Assembly: GCA_052387235.1 (NCBI GenBank)
Contig: JBQTJJ010000033.1
Span: 4,052 to 68,051 of the forward strand
Length of the DNA: 64,000 nucleotides
From: Actinomycetota bacterium
GTDB lineage: Bacteria > Actinomycetota > Acidimicrobiia > Acidimicrobiales > GCA-2861595
Reading direction: 5' to 3'
In this document: piece by piece, positions 18,463 through 27,792 of the stretch
Numbering within the stretch: position 1 is the first letter of the stretch
How the letters are laid out: each line of letters begins with the position of its first letter
The notes under the pieces: model-generated
Told to the model about the DNA's origin: nothing
Databases searched by the model: none
Seen by the model: only the letters and a program-made list of their open reading frames with translations
Program-made: the position numbers and the translations under genes

Positions 18463-18465
18463 ACC

Positions 18466-19518
18466 TCAGGGGTCCCGTCCCGTCCCGGCCGTCATCTGCC
18501 ACAGGTCGCCGCCCCAGTTGTCGTCGGCGCCGGTGTGCTTGCCGCTGAAGATCCAGATCCTGTCCCCGAAGACGACGGCGACGGGGCTCCTCGGGGCCCA
18601 GGGGGCGTGGTCGGTCTGGCGAGTCCAGCTTGCACCGTCGCTCGAGTGCCAGATGTCGTTGCGCGCGTTGGTGGACGTCCCGGTCCAGCCGCCGAACACC
18701 CACAGCTTCCCGTCGAAGGCCACCCGGGCGTACCCGGAGCGCGGCTTCCATCCGGCCTCGGCCACGAGTCGGGTCCAGTCCCGGCCGTCGTCGGACCGCC
18801 ACACGTCGGCCCTCCCCTCTCCCCCCACGACGTAGAGGGCGCCGCCCAGCACCACGGCGCCGGCGCCGTGCCGTGGCGACCAGGGGGCGGCCCCGGTCAC
18901 CTGCTCCCACTCCAGGCCGTCCTCCGACACCCACACGTCGTTCAGGAACCGGTCGGGGGAGCGGTCCTCTCCGGCGTGGTCCGCGCCGCCGAGCAGCCAC
19001 AGCCGGTCGCGGTGGACGACCAGCGCGTGGCCACCCCGCCCCGACCACGCGGCCCTGCCCACCTCCGACCACGAGCTGCCGTCCGCCGACGACCAGATGT
19101 CGTCGAGGAAGGCACCGGTGCGGTAGTCCATGCCGCCGTACATCCAGAGCCGGCCCCGGAAGTAGGCGACGGCCGAGTAGATCCGCTCGCCCCAGTCCGC
19201 CTTGTCGTGCTGCGTCCACGTGAGGCCGTCGGGAGAGGAGTAGGCGTGCTGCTGGGCCACCATCCACAGCTCGCCGCCGAACGCGACGTGCGGCGTCAGC
19301 GTCAGCGGGAACCGCCCGGGTTCCCACAGGGGCCGGTTCTGCGACCCGGGCGCGGGCGGGAACCCCCCGTTGCCGGGCGGGAGGACCTGCTGCCAGCAGC
19401 CCCCGGCCGCGCAGGCCGGCTGCGGGCCGGACGTGGCGGCCGGCGGCACGCCGGCGTCCCGGCTGCAGGCGACGGGCAGCATGAGGAGCGCCACGAGACC
19501 GAGCCGCCGGGCAACCAT
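18466..19518 (-). CDS. Kelch-repeat beta-propeller lipoprotein
   Basis: Lipobox LPVACS follows MVARRLGLVALLM. Repeated Kelch-like units (LWMYGG, LWLLGG, LYVVGG, LWVFGG, IWIFSG) alternate with SxDGxxW. Start is set at the ATG at 19518. Confidence 0.75.
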   Translation of the reverse strand: MVARRLGLVALLMLPVACSRDAGVPPAATSGPQPACAAGGCWQQVLPPGNGGFPPAPGSQNRPLWEPGRFPLTLTPHVAFGGELWMVAQQHAYSSPDGLTWTQHDKADWGERIYSAVAYFRGRLWMYGGMDYRTGAFLDDIWSSADGSSWSEVGRAAWSGRGGHALVVHRDRLWLLGGADHAGEDRSPDRFLNDVWVSEDGLEWEQVTGAAPWSPRHGAGAVVLGGALYVVGGEGRADVWRSDDGRDWTRLVAEAGWKPRSGYARVAFDGKLWVFGGWTGTSTNARNDIWHSSDGASWTRQTDHAPWAPRSPVAVVFGDRIWIFSGKHTGADDNWGGDLWQMTAGTGRDP

Positions 19519-19630
19519 GCCTCCACAGTGCCGCCCGGGCGGGGCGAAGACCACCGCGAGGGCCGCCGCGGAGCATTGGCTCCCGGTCGGGCCGCCACCC
19601 CCGCCGTTCCGTGCGAGCCTGAGGTCCGAG

Positions 19631-20548
19631 GTGACCGCCCCCACCGTCCGCGCCGAGCTGCCGTCCCTGCTCCCCGGCTACGCCGCGGTCGTGGCCGCAG
19701 CCGCCCTGTGGGCCGTGGCGGCGGTGGTGGCCAGCCGCCTGTTCGACGACGGCATCAGCGTGGTGGAGCTCACCGAGTCACGGGCGCTGATCGCCGTCGC
19801 CGGGTTCTCGCTCGTCCCGGGCGCGTGGCGGGCCCGGCCCGGGGGCGGCGCAGCCGGGCAGCTCGTGGCCCTCGGCGCCGCGCTGGCCCTGGTGAACGTC
19901 TCCTACTACGTGGCCATCTCCCGCATACCGGTGGCCGTGGCCCTCGTCATCCAGTACACGGCGCCGGCCCTGGTGGTGGGCTGGGCCGGCCTGGCGGCAC
20001 GGCGGGCCCCGTCGTTCGAGGTCATCGCCGCCCTGCTGGCCGCCCTCGTCGGGGTCGTGCTCGTCGTCGACCTGGCATCGGGCGCCGTCGGGCGCATGGA
20101 CGGGGTCGGTGTCGCGGTGGCCGTGGCGTCGGCCGTCTTCTTCGCCACCTACACCGTGCTGGCCCAGTCGACGGGCGCGCGCTACGGGTCGAGCGGCGCC
20201 ATGCTCCGGGGCTTCGCCGTGGCCAGCGTCCTCTGGGTCGCCTTCCAGGCCCCCCGGGGGTTCCCGGCCGAGCTGCTCGAGCCGGCGAACCTCCCGGAGG
20301 TGCTCTACGTCGGGGTGGCCGGCACCCTCGCCCCGTTCCTCCTCTTCGCCTGGGGCGTGGCACGGGTGCGGGCCGAGCGGGCCGCCATCGCCGCGACCCT
20401 GGAGCCGGTGGTCGCCGCCGCCGTGGCCTGGGTGTGGCTCGGCCAGAGCCTCTCGGCGCCCCAACTGGCCGGCGGGGCGCTGGTGATCGCGGCCGTGGCC
20501 TTCCTCCAGGTGCGCGGCGGGCGGCCGCCGGCCCCGCCCGACGTGTAG
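19631..20548 (+). CDS. EamA/DMT-family transporter
   Basis: About ten hydrophobic segments forming two EamA-like halves. Start is set at the GTG at 19631 after GAGG; the track ORF from 19370 overlaps the divergent gene. Confidence 0.8.
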   Translation: MTAPTVRAELPSLLPGYAAVVAAAALWAVAAVVASRLFDDGISVVELTESRALIAVAGFSLVPGAWRARPGGGAAGQLVALGAALALVNVSYYVAISRIPVAVALVIQYTAPALVVGWAGLAARRAPSFEVIAALLAALVGVVLVVDLASGAVGRMDGVGVAVAVASAVFFATYTVLAQSTGARYGSSGAMLRGFAVASVLWVAFQAPRGFPAELLEPANLPEVLYVGVAGTLAPFLLFAWGVARVRAERAAIAATLEPVVAAAVAWVWLGQSLSAPQLAGGALVIAAVAFLQVRGGRPPAPPDV

Positions 20549-20572
20549 CCGGCCGGCGGGTGCACCCGGTGC

Positions 20573-21013
20573 TCAGCCGGCGGGGGCGAAGGTGAAGAAG
20601 ATGCGGGCGTCGCAGACGGCCCTGCCGTCCACCTCGGCCCGGGCGTCGCCCCACCCGCCCCGTGCGCTCAGGCGGTCGATGGTGATGCCGAGGACCATCT
20701 CGTCCCCGGGGCGCACCATGCGCCGGAACCGGGCCTTCTCCACCCCGCCGAACAGGGGGAGGCGGTCGGCGTAGTCGGGGTGGGCCCGCAGGGCGATGGC
20801 GCCGATCTGGGCCAGCGCCTCGAGCTGCAGCACGCCCGGGACCACCGGGTTGCCCGGGAAGTGGCCGGCGAGGAACGGCTCGTCGCCCGTGACCCGGTAG
20901 CGGCCCTGGCACGACGCGCCCGGCTCGCAGCTGTCGACGCTGTCGACGAACAGGAAGGGCGGGCGGTGCGGCAGGAGGGCGACGAAGTCGATGTTCCCGA
21001 CCCCGGCCGTCAC
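20573..21013 (-). CDS. fabZ: 3-hydroxyacyl-ACP dehydratase FabZ
   Basis: LLPHRPPFLFVD...FLAGHFPGNPVVPGVLQLEALAQ hot-dog fold signature. 146 aa. Confidence 0.85.
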   Translation of the reverse strand: MTAGVGNIDFVALLPHRPPFLFVDSVDSCEPGASCQGRYRVTGDEPFLAGHFPGNPVVPGVLQLEALAQIGAIALRAHPDYADRLPLFGGVEKARFRRMVRPGDEMVLGITIDRLSARGGWGDARAEVDGRAVCDARIFFTFAPAG

Positions 21014-21768
21014 GCCGGCAACCCGGCGTCCAGGCGGCGGCCCGAGACCTCCCGCTGGAGGGCCTCCAGCTCGGCGCCGGTGCCCAGCCGCTCCAGCTCC
21101 TCCTCCACCAGGTTCAGCATCATGCGCTCGATGTTGTAGGAGATGAGGCCGCTGGCGGCCTGGACCATGAGGCGGAACGACGTGACCAGCCGCTCCGCCT
21201 CCTGCTCGGGCGTCAGGTCCGAGTCGAGGAGGGGCTGGCGCACGTACTGGAGGAACAGCTCCACCGCACCCTCGGCGACCTCGGTGGCGGCGTCGATCTG
21301 GGTGCGGGCCACGCGCAGGAACTCCTCCAGCGGCACCCCGCCCCCCACCAGGCTCAGCACCATGCGCACGGCCCGGACGTCGGCGCCGGTGTAGTGGGCG
21401 CCGGCGCCCACCCGGAGGGGCCGGACCAGCCCCGACGCCACGAGGGAGCGCAGCAGGGCCGGGGGGACCCGGGCCCGGTCCGCCACCTCGGGCAGAGTGA
21501 GGGCCTCGTCGTCGGCGCCGAGCACCGCCTCCCGGTACCGGTTGCCGGCCGGCCGGGGCGCCAGCATGGCCGCGATCACCTTCAGCGAGTGGCCCCGCTG
21601 CTTCAGATCGAGGATGGTGCGGAGGCGGTCGAGGTGCCGGCTGCTGTACACCGCGACCCGGCCGCGGTGGCGGGGCGGGGGCAGCAGCCCCTTCGACTGG
21701 TACGACCGCACGACGTCGACGGTGACGCCGGCGGCCTGCGCCAGCGCGTCGACCCGGTACTCCGCCAC
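21010..21768 (-). CDS. MerR-family transcriptional regulator with two MerR-type HTH segments
   Basis: N-terminus YRVDALAQAAGVTVDVVRSYQSKGLLPPP. A second HTH-like segment reads LTLPEVADRARVPPALLRSLVASGLVRP...YTGADV. Its stop overlaps the fabZ start by 4 nt. Confidence 0.8.
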   Translation of the reverse strand: MAEYRVDALAQAAGVTVDVVRSYQSKGLLPPPRHRGRVAVYSSRHLDRLRTILDLKQRGHSLKVIAAMLAPRPAGNRYREAVLGADDEALTLPEVADRARVPPALLRSLVASGLVRPLRVGAGAHYTGADVRAVRMVLSLVGGGVPLEEFLRVARTQIDAATEVAEGAVELFLQYVRQPLLDSDLTPEQEAERLVTSFRLMVQAASGLISYNIERMMLNLVEEELERLGTGAELEALQREVSGRRLDAGLPA

Positions 21769-21879
21769 GGCCGCACGTTAATACGAGGATCTCGAAAGTT
21801 TGGATCGATTCGTGTAACGATCAGTGAACGGTCTGGGTCAGAAGCCCCACTAGCCGACCTACTCGGAGGGGTTTTGCGC
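21769..21879. promoter_or_regulatory. AT-rich divergent promoter region between merR-fabZ and the fabD operon, with small dyads
   Basis: This is the lowest-GC stretch in the region. Dyads are CGAGgatCTCG (21784-21794) and GATCG-N10-CGATC (21803-21822). GGAGGG lies 9 nt before the fabD GTG. Confidence 0.4.
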
Positions 21880-22779
21880 GTGCCCATAGGCGTCATGTTC
21901 CCCGGCCAGGGGGCCCAGCGGGCCGGCCTGGGCGAAGAGTGGCGGGACGACGCGGCGTGGTCGGTGGTGGAGCGGGCCGAGGCCGTCCTCGACCGCACGC
22001 TCGCCCCCCTGCTGCTCGATCCCGAGGCCGATCTCTCCCGCACCGAGGACGCCCAGCTGGCCGTCCTGCTCAGCTCCCTGATGTGCTGGGAGAAGCTGGG
22101 ACCGAGCCTCGGCACCCCGGTCGCCTTCGCCGGCCACTCGCTCGGCCAGATCACCGCCCTGCTGGCCGCCGGCGCCCTGCCCTTCGACGAGGGGGTCCGC
22201 CTGGCTGCACGCCGGGCCCGCCACACGCAGCGCGCGGCCGACCGCAACGAGGGGCGGATGGTCGCCCTGCTGGGCGCCAGCACCGAGCAGGCCGAGCAGG
22301 TCTGCCGCGTCGCCCCCGACGCCTGCTGGGTGGCCAACGACAACGCCCCGGGCCAGGTGGTCGTGGCCGGCACCCCCGAGGGCGTCGATGCCGCCGTCGA
22401 CGAGGCCAGGTCGGCCGGCGTCCGGCGCACCACCCGGCTCCTCGTGGGCGGTGCCTTCCACACGCCCCTCATGGAGGAGGCCCGGGTGGCGTTCGCCGGC
22501 GACCTCGAGCACGTGCCCCTGGCCCCGTCCGCCACCCCGGTGGTGTCCAACGGCGACGCCCGGGCCTACGACGACGCCGAGGGCTGGCGCCGCCGGCTGG
22601 CCGACCACCTGGTGAAGCCGGTGCGCTGGCGCCAGTCGGTGCAGACCATGGTGGAGCTGGGCGCCACCGAGCTGGTGGAGGTGGGCCCCGGCACCACTCT
22701 CGCCGGCCTGGCCCGCCGCATCGCCCCCGACGTGCCCGTGCGCAGCACCGACGACGCCCGCCGCCTGGTGGACCGGTGA
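21880..22779 (+). CDS. fabD: Malonyl-CoA:ACP transacylase FabD
   Basis: FPGQGAQ, the GHSLGQ active-site motif and GAFHTPLM. Start is the GTG at 21880 with an SD; the track ORF from 21394 is over-extended. Confidence 0.9.
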   Translation: MPIGVMFPGQGAQRAGLGEEWRDDAAWSVVERAEAVLDRTLAPLLLDPEADLSRTEDAQLAVLLSSLMCWEKLGPSLGTPVAFAGHSLGQITALLAAGALPFDEGVRLAARRARHTQRAADRNEGRMVALLGASTEQAEQVCRVAPDACWVANDNAPGQVVVAGTPEGVDAAVDEARSAGVRRTTRLLVGGAFHTPLMEEARVAFAGDLEHVPLAPSATPVVSNGDARAYDDAEGWRRRLADHLVKPVRWRQSVQTMVELGATELVEVGPGTTLAGLARRIAPDVPVRSTDDARRLVDR

Positions 22780-23048
22780 CGGCGGTGCTGGCGCAGGGCG
22801 AGGAGCTGGGCGGCGTGCCCGAGCGGGTGATCCTGGCGCCGGCCGTCGGCGTCTTCCGGCCCGTCGAGGACGACGAGGCCCCCGAGGGCACCGTGGTCAC
22901 GGCCGGCCAGGTGGTCGGCGTGGTGGAGGCGAGCGGGCGCAAGCTGCCCGTGCGCAGCGCCTTCACCGGCCTGCTGGTGGGGATGATGGCCCATCCGGGC
23001 GAGCGGGTGCGGGAGGGCCAGCCCGTGGCCTGGCTGCGGGTGACGTGA
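22776..23048 (+). CDS. Small biotinyl/lipoyl-domain-like (BCCP-like) protein without a canonical AMKM motif
   Basis: 90 aa with near-100% G/C third positions. ILAPAVGVFRP...GQVVGVVEASGRKLPVRSAFTGLLVGMMAHPGERVREGQPVAWLRV aligns with BCCP C-terminal domains. GTG overlaps the fabD stop (GTGA). Confidence 0.6.
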   Translation: MTAVLAQGEELGGVPERVILAPAVGVFRPVEDDEAPEGTVVTAGQVVGVVEASGRKLPVRSAFTGLLVGMMAHPGERVREGQPVAWLRVT

Positions 23049-23061
23049 GATCGGGCGCAGC

Positions 23062-24009
23062 TTGAGCACCGGGGCCGTCCTCGGCCTGGGCATGGCGGTG
23101 CCCGAGTCCCGGCTCACCAACGCCGACCTGGAGCGGATGCTCGACACGAGCGACTCCTGGATCGTGGAGCGCACCGGCATCCGCGAGCGCCGGGTCGCCG
23201 GCCCCGACGAGAGCACCGCGACCCTGGCCGCCGCCGCCGGCGTGGCCGCCATCAAGGACGCCGGCCTGGCGCCCGACGACATCGGCCTGCTCATGGTCGC
23301 CACCTGCACGCCGGTCCAGGTGCTGCCCTCCACCGCGTCGCTCGTGCAGGACTCCCTGGGCCTGCGGTGCGGCGCGCTCGACGTGGGCGCGGCCTGCGCC
23401 GGCTTCGTCTACGGGCTGGTGGCGGCGTCGGGGATGCTCACCCCGGGCCGGCCCTCGCTGCTCATCGGGGCCGAGACCCTGACCCGCATCACCGACCCGG
23501 ACGACCGCTCCACCCGCATCCTGTTCGGCGACGGCGCCGGCGCCGCCGTCATCGGGCAGCCCACCGAGCCCGGCTCCGGGCTGCTGGCGTGGGACCTGGG
23601 CTGCGACGGGTCGCTGGCCCCCCTCCTCGAGGTGCCCATCGACGACCGCTACATGCGCATGGAGGGCAAGGAGGTCTTCCGCCGGGCCGTGCGCATCGTG
23701 GTGGAGTCGGCCCTGGTCACGCTGGAGCGGGCCGGTCTCGGCCCCGCCGACGTCGACCTCTTCGTGCCCCACCAGGCCAACCTCCGCATCATCGAGGCCA
23801 GCTGCAGCCGGCTCGGCATCCCGATGGAGAAGGCGGCCGTCAACCTCGACCGCTACGGCAACACGTCGGCCGCGTCCATCCCGATGGCCCTGGCCGAGGC
23901 GGCCGAGGCCGGCCGCCTGCACCCCGGCTCGGTGGTGCTCCTGTCCGGCTTCGGGGCCGGGATGACGTGGGCCAGCGCCGTGCTGCGCTGGGACAAGGTG
24001 GCGCCGTGA
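23062..24009 (+). CDS. fabH: 3-oxoacyl-ACP synthase III FabH
   Basis: DTSDSWIVERTGIRERR, active-site region ACAGFVYGL, HQANLRI and GNTSAASIP. TTG start. Confidence 0.9.
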   Translation: MSTGAVLGLGMAVPESRLTNADLERMLDTSDSWIVERTGIRERRVAGPDESTATLAAAAGVAAIKDAGLAPDDIGLLMVATCTPVQVLPSTASLVQDSLGLRCGALDVGAACAGFVYGLVAASGMLTPGRPSLLIGAETLTRITDPDDRSTRILFGDGAGAAVIGQPTEPGSGLLAWDLGCDGSLAPLLEVPIDDRYMRMEGKEVFRRAVRIVVESALVTLERAGLGPADVDLFVPHQANLRIIEASCSRLGIPMEKAAVNLDRYGNTSAASIPMALAEAAEAGRLHPGSVVLLSGFGAGMTWASAVLRWDKVAP

Positions 24010-24752
24010 GCGCCGGCGACGCTCCCGTGCCGCGGGTCGCCCTCGTCACCGGCGGCTCGGGCGGGATCGGCCAGGCCACCACCGCCGCCCTGGCCGCGGC
24101 CGGCATGCGGGTGGCGGTGGGCTACGCCGGCAACCGGGAGGCGGCCGAGAAGGCGGCGGCCGGGCTCGACGGCGCCGCCGTGCACATCGACGTCACCGAC
24201 CCCGCCTCCGTGGACGCCGCCTTCAAGGAGGTGGAGCAGGGCCTCGGCCCGGTCGACGTGCTGGTGAACAACGCCGGCGTCACCGCCGACGGCCTCCTCC
24301 TGCGCATGGGCGACGACCAGTGGCGGCGGGTCATGGCCACCAACCTCGACGGTGCATTCCACGCCTCCCGCCGGGCTGCGGCAGGCATGGTGCGCCGGCG
24401 CTGGGGCCGCATCGTCAACATGGGCTCGGTGGTGGGCTCCACCGGCGCCGCCGGCCAGGCCAACTACGCCGCCACCAAGGCCGGCCTGATCGGCCTCACC
24501 CGCTCGCTGGCCCGCGAGCTCGGGTCGCGGGGCATCACCGTGAACCTGGTGGCGCCCGGGCCCATCGCCACCGCCATGATCGACGCAGTGAGCGAGGCGC
24601 GGCAGGCGGATATGACTGCGGCCGTCCCGCTTGGGAGAATGGGCACGCCCGAGGAGGTCGGAGCCGTCGTGGCGTTCCTCTGCTCCGCAGAAGCCGCCTA
24701 CGTCACGGGAGCCGTGGTTCCCGTGGACGGCGGTCTGGGGATGGGTCATTGA
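24006..24752 (+). CDS. fabG: 3-oxoacyl-ACP reductase FabG
   Basis: SDR motifs TGGSGGIG, NNAG and YAATKAG. GTG overlaps the fabH stop (GTGA). Track ORF 23367..24752 is over-extended. Confidence 0.9.
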   Translation: MSAGDAPVPRVALVTGGSGGIGQATTAALAAAGMRVAVGYAGNREAAEKAAAGLDGAAVHIDVTDPASVDAAFKEVEQGLGPVDVLVNNAGVTADGLLLRMGDDQWRRVMATNLDGAFHASRRAAAGMVRRRWGRIVNMGSVVGSTGAAGQANYAATKAGLIGLTRSLARELGSRGITVNLVAPGPIATAMIDAVSEARQADMTAAVPLGRMGTPEEVGAVVAFLCSAEAAYVTGAVVPVDGGLGMGH

Positions 24753-24827
24753 CGCCACCCCCCTTCCCCATCGACAGCGTGTCCGGCCGAGCCGTTCGGC
24801 CGTGCGAAGAACGACAAAGGAGCAAGC

Positions 24828-25079
24828 ATGGATCGAGCTGAGGTTCTGACCGCGGTCAAGGAGTCGGCCGTCGAGGTGCTCGGCGTGGGTGCCGATGCGG
24901 TGGTCGAGGAGGCCAACTTCAAGGACGACCTCGACGCCGACAGCCTCGACCTGGTGGAGCTGGTCATGGCCCTCGAGGAGCGGTTCGAGGTCACCATCCC
25001 CGAGGACGAGCTGGGCGGCATCGCCACCGTCGGCCAGGCCGTCGACGTGGTCCTGGGCAAGCTCCAGGTGGGTACGTGA
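24828..25079 (+). CDS. acpP: Acyl carrier protein
   Basis: 83 aa with the DLDADSLDLVELVMALEE phosphopantetheine-attachment motif. AAAGGAG lies upstream of the start. Confidence 0.95.
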   Translation: MDRAEVLTAVKESAVEVLGVGADAVVEEANFKDDLDADSLDLVELVMALEERFEVTIPEDELGGIATVGQAVDVVLGKLQVGT

Positions 25080-25118
25080 CCGTCCCGGGGGCGGCCGGAG
25101 CCGCGCCGGAGGGATGAG

Positions 25119-26363
25119 ATGACGGCCACCGACCAACGCGGCCGGCCCCGGGTGGCGGTCACCGGCCTCGGGGTGAAGACGCCGGCCGGCACCGACCTGG
25201 ACCGGTTCTGGGCCACCCTGCTCGAGGCCCGGCCCACCGCCGCGCCCATCACCCGCTACGACGCCACGGCCCAGCCCGTCGGCTTCGCCTGCGAGGTGCG
25301 GGACTTCGACGCGGCCGCCTACCTGGGCCACAAGGAGGCCCGGCGCACCGACCGCGTCACCCAGCTCGGCTTCGCCGCCGCCACCGACGCGCTGGCCGAC
25401 GCCGGCGACCTGGGCACCGACCCCGGCCGCTGCGGCGTGGTGGCCGGCACCGGCGTCGGCGGCCTCTGGACCCAGGAGGAGGAGGAGCGGGTCCTCTTCG
25501 AGCGGGGCCCCACCAGGGTCAGCCCGTTCCTGGTGCCCATGATGATGGCCAACGCCACCGCCGCCTTCGTGGCCATGCGCCACGGCTGGAAGGGCCCCAA
25601 CATCTGCATCGCCACCGCCTGCGCGGCCGGCACCCACGCCGTGGGCGAGGCGGCGCGCTTCATCCGCGACGGCTCGGCCGACGTGGTCCTGGCCGGCGGG
25701 GCCGAGGCCGCCATCACCCCCGTGGCCATGGCCGCCTTCGCCCGCATGGGGGCCCTGAGCTCGCGCGCCGACGCCCCCGAGAGGGCCTCGCGCCCGTTCG
25801 ACCCCGAGCGGGACGGCTTCGTGATGGGCGAGGGCGCGGCCTTCCTGGTGCTGGAGCGCTGGGACCGGGCCGTGGCCCGCGGCGCCCGCATCTACGGCGA
25901 GCTGCTGGGCTACGGGCGCAACTCCGACGCCCACCACATCACCGCTCCGTCCCCCGACGGCAGCGGCGCGGTGGCGTGCATGGAGCTGGCCCTCGAGGAC
26001 GCCGGCATCGGCGCCGCCGACATCGGCCACGTGAACGCCCACGGCACCTCCACGCCCCTCAACGACGCGGCCGAGGCCGAGGCCCTGGTGAAGGTGTTCG
26101 CCGGGTCGCCTCCGCCGGTCACGTCCACCAAGGGCGTCACCGGCCACCTCATCGGTGCCGCCGGCGCGGTGGAGGCGGTGGCCTCGCTGCTCGCCATCCG
26201 GGACGGGGTGGTGCCGCCCACCGCCAACCACGAGCGCACCGACCCGGCCGTGACCCTCGACGTGGTGGCCGGCGAGCCCCGCTCCCTCACCGGGCCGGTG
26301 CTGTCGAACTCGTTCGGCTTCGGCGGCCACAACGCCACCCTGGTCCTCGCCGCCCCGGAGTGA
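25119..26363 (+). CDS. fabF: 3-oxoacyl-ACP synthase II (KAS II; FabF/KasA-like)
   Basis: ATACAAG active-site Cys region, the HITAP / NAHGTSTP His pair and FGFGGHNATL at the C-terminus. Confidence 0.95.
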   Translation: MTATDQRGRPRVAVTGLGVKTPAGTDLDRFWATLLEARPTAAPITRYDATAQPVGFACEVRDFDAAAYLGHKEARRTDRVTQLGFAAATDALADAGDLGTDPGRCGVVAGTGVGGLWTQEEEERVLFERGPTRVSPFLVPMMMANATAAFVAMRHGWKGPNICIATACAAGTHAVGEAARFIRDGSADVVLAGGAEAAITPVAMAAFARMGALSSRADAPERASRPFDPERDGFVMGEGAAFLVLERWDRAVARGARIYGELLGYGRNSDAHHITAPSPDGSGAVACMELALEDAGIGAADIGHVNAHGTSTPLNDAAEAEALVKVFAGSPPPVTSTKGVTGHLIGAAGAVEAVASLLAIRDGVVPPTANHERTDPAVTLDVVAGEPRSLTGPVLSNSFGFGGHNATLVLAAPE

Positions 26364-27784
26364 CCCGGGCCCCCGACGTCCTGCCGGCCGGCGCCGGCGG
26401 TGGGATGGCAGGCATGCGCGCCGTGCCGGTGGCGGCCCGGCGGTCCTCGGCCGCCTCGGCCCGGATCGCCGAGCTGGAGGGCCGCCCCGTCGGCCTGTTC
26501 CGGCTGGGCGGCGGCGAGCACCGCGGCGCCATCGGCCCGTCCGAGGGCGACACCGTGACCCGCCTGATCGAGACGGCCACCGAGCTGGGGATCCCGGTGG
26601 TCGGCCTGATGGCCACGTCGGGCGCCGACGTGACCCACGGCGTCGACTCCCTCCACGCCTGGGGCCGCATCGCCCGCGCCCTCACCAACGCGTCGGGCGT
26701 GGTGCCGGTGGCGATGGTGGTGGAGGGGCCGTGCCTGTCCGGGCCGGCCCTGCTGCTGGGCCTGGCCGACGTGGTGGTGGTGACGGCCGGCTCCTACGCC
26801 TACGTGAGCGGGCCGGCGGTGGTGCAGGGCTTCACCGGCCAGACCGTCACCCACGACGCCCTCGGGGGCCCCGGCGTGCACGCCGGCCGCACCGGTGTGG
26901 CCTGGACCGAGGCGGCCGACGAGGACGAGGCCCTGGCCGTGGTGCTGGACGTGCTGTCGTACCTGCCGCCCAACAACGCCGAGGAGCCGCCCACCCGGTG
27001 GCTCGCCGACCCCGTGGACCGCGACACGGCGGTGGCGGCCGGGGCCGTGCCCGGGAAGGCCACCGCGTCCTACGACGTCCGGGTGGTGATCGAGGACGTC
27101 GTGGACGAGCACTCCTTCCTGGAGGTGCGCCGCCTCCACGCCCCGAGCATGGTCACGGGCCTGGCCACGATCGCGGGCCAGCCGGTGGGCGTGGTGGCCA
27201 ACCAGCCGCTCACCATGGCGGGCACGATCGACATCGACGCGTCCCGCAAGGCGGCCCGCTTCGTCCAGCTGTGCGACGGGTTCAACGTGCCGCTGCTCAC
27301 CTTCGTGGACACCCCCGGGTTCCAGCCCGGCAAGGACATCGAGTGGCGGGGGATGATCCGCCACGGGGCCGAGCTGGTGCACGCCTACGCCGCCGCCACC
27401 GTGCCCCGGGTGTCGGTGGTGCTGCGCAAGGCCTACGGCGGCGCCTACATCGTGATGGACTCCCTCGGCCTCGGCGGCGACGTGGCCCTCGCCTGGCCCG
27501 GTGCCGAGGTGGCGGTGATGGGCCCGGCCGGCGCCGTCAGCGTGCTGCACGGCCGGCGCCTGGCCGCCATCGAGGACGAGGCCGAGCGCGACCGCGTCCG
27601 CCAGGAGCTGGAGGCGGACTACCAGGCCCGGTACTGCTCCTCGCTGGTGGCGGCCGAGCGCGGGTTCGTCGACGACGTGATCGAGCCGGTGGACACGCGC
27701 CGGGCCGTGGCCGCCGCCTTCGCCGCCCTGCGGACCAAGCGCGAGCAGCTCCCGCGCCGCCGCCATGCCAACACCCCCCTGTAA
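26360..27784 (+). CDS. accD: Acyl-CoA carboxylase carboxyltransferase beta subunit (AccD6-like)
   Basis: Two crotonase-like CT halves (FVDTPGFQPG, VLRKAYGGAYIVM). It sits after fabF as in mycobacterial fabD-acpM-kasAB-accD6. GTG overlaps the fabF stop; ATG alternatives lie about 45-55 nt downstream. Confidence 0.88.
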   Translation: MTRAPDVLPAGAGGGMAGMRAVPVAARRSSAASARIAELEGRPVGLFRLGGGEHRGAIGPSEGDTVTRLIETATELGIPVVGLMATSGADVTHGVDSLHAWGRIARALTNASGVVPVAMVVEGPCLSGPALLLGLADVVVVTAGSYAYVSGPAVVQGFTGQTVTHDALGGPGVHAGRTGVAWTEAADEDEALAVVLDVLSYLPPNNAEEPPTRWLADPVDRDTAVAAGAVPGKATASYDVRVVIEDVVDEHSFLEVRRLHAPSMVTGLATIAGQPVGVVANQPLTMAGTIDIDASRKAARFVQLCDGFNVPLLTFVDTPGFQPGKDIEWRGMIRHGAELVHAYAAATVPRVSVVLRKAYGGAYIVMDSLGLGGDVALAWPGAEVAVMGPAGAVSVLHGRRLAAIEDEAERDRVRQELEADYQARYCSSLVAAERGFVDDVIEPVDTRRAVAAAFAALRTKREQLPRRRHANTPL

Positions 27785-27792
27785 GGAGAGCC

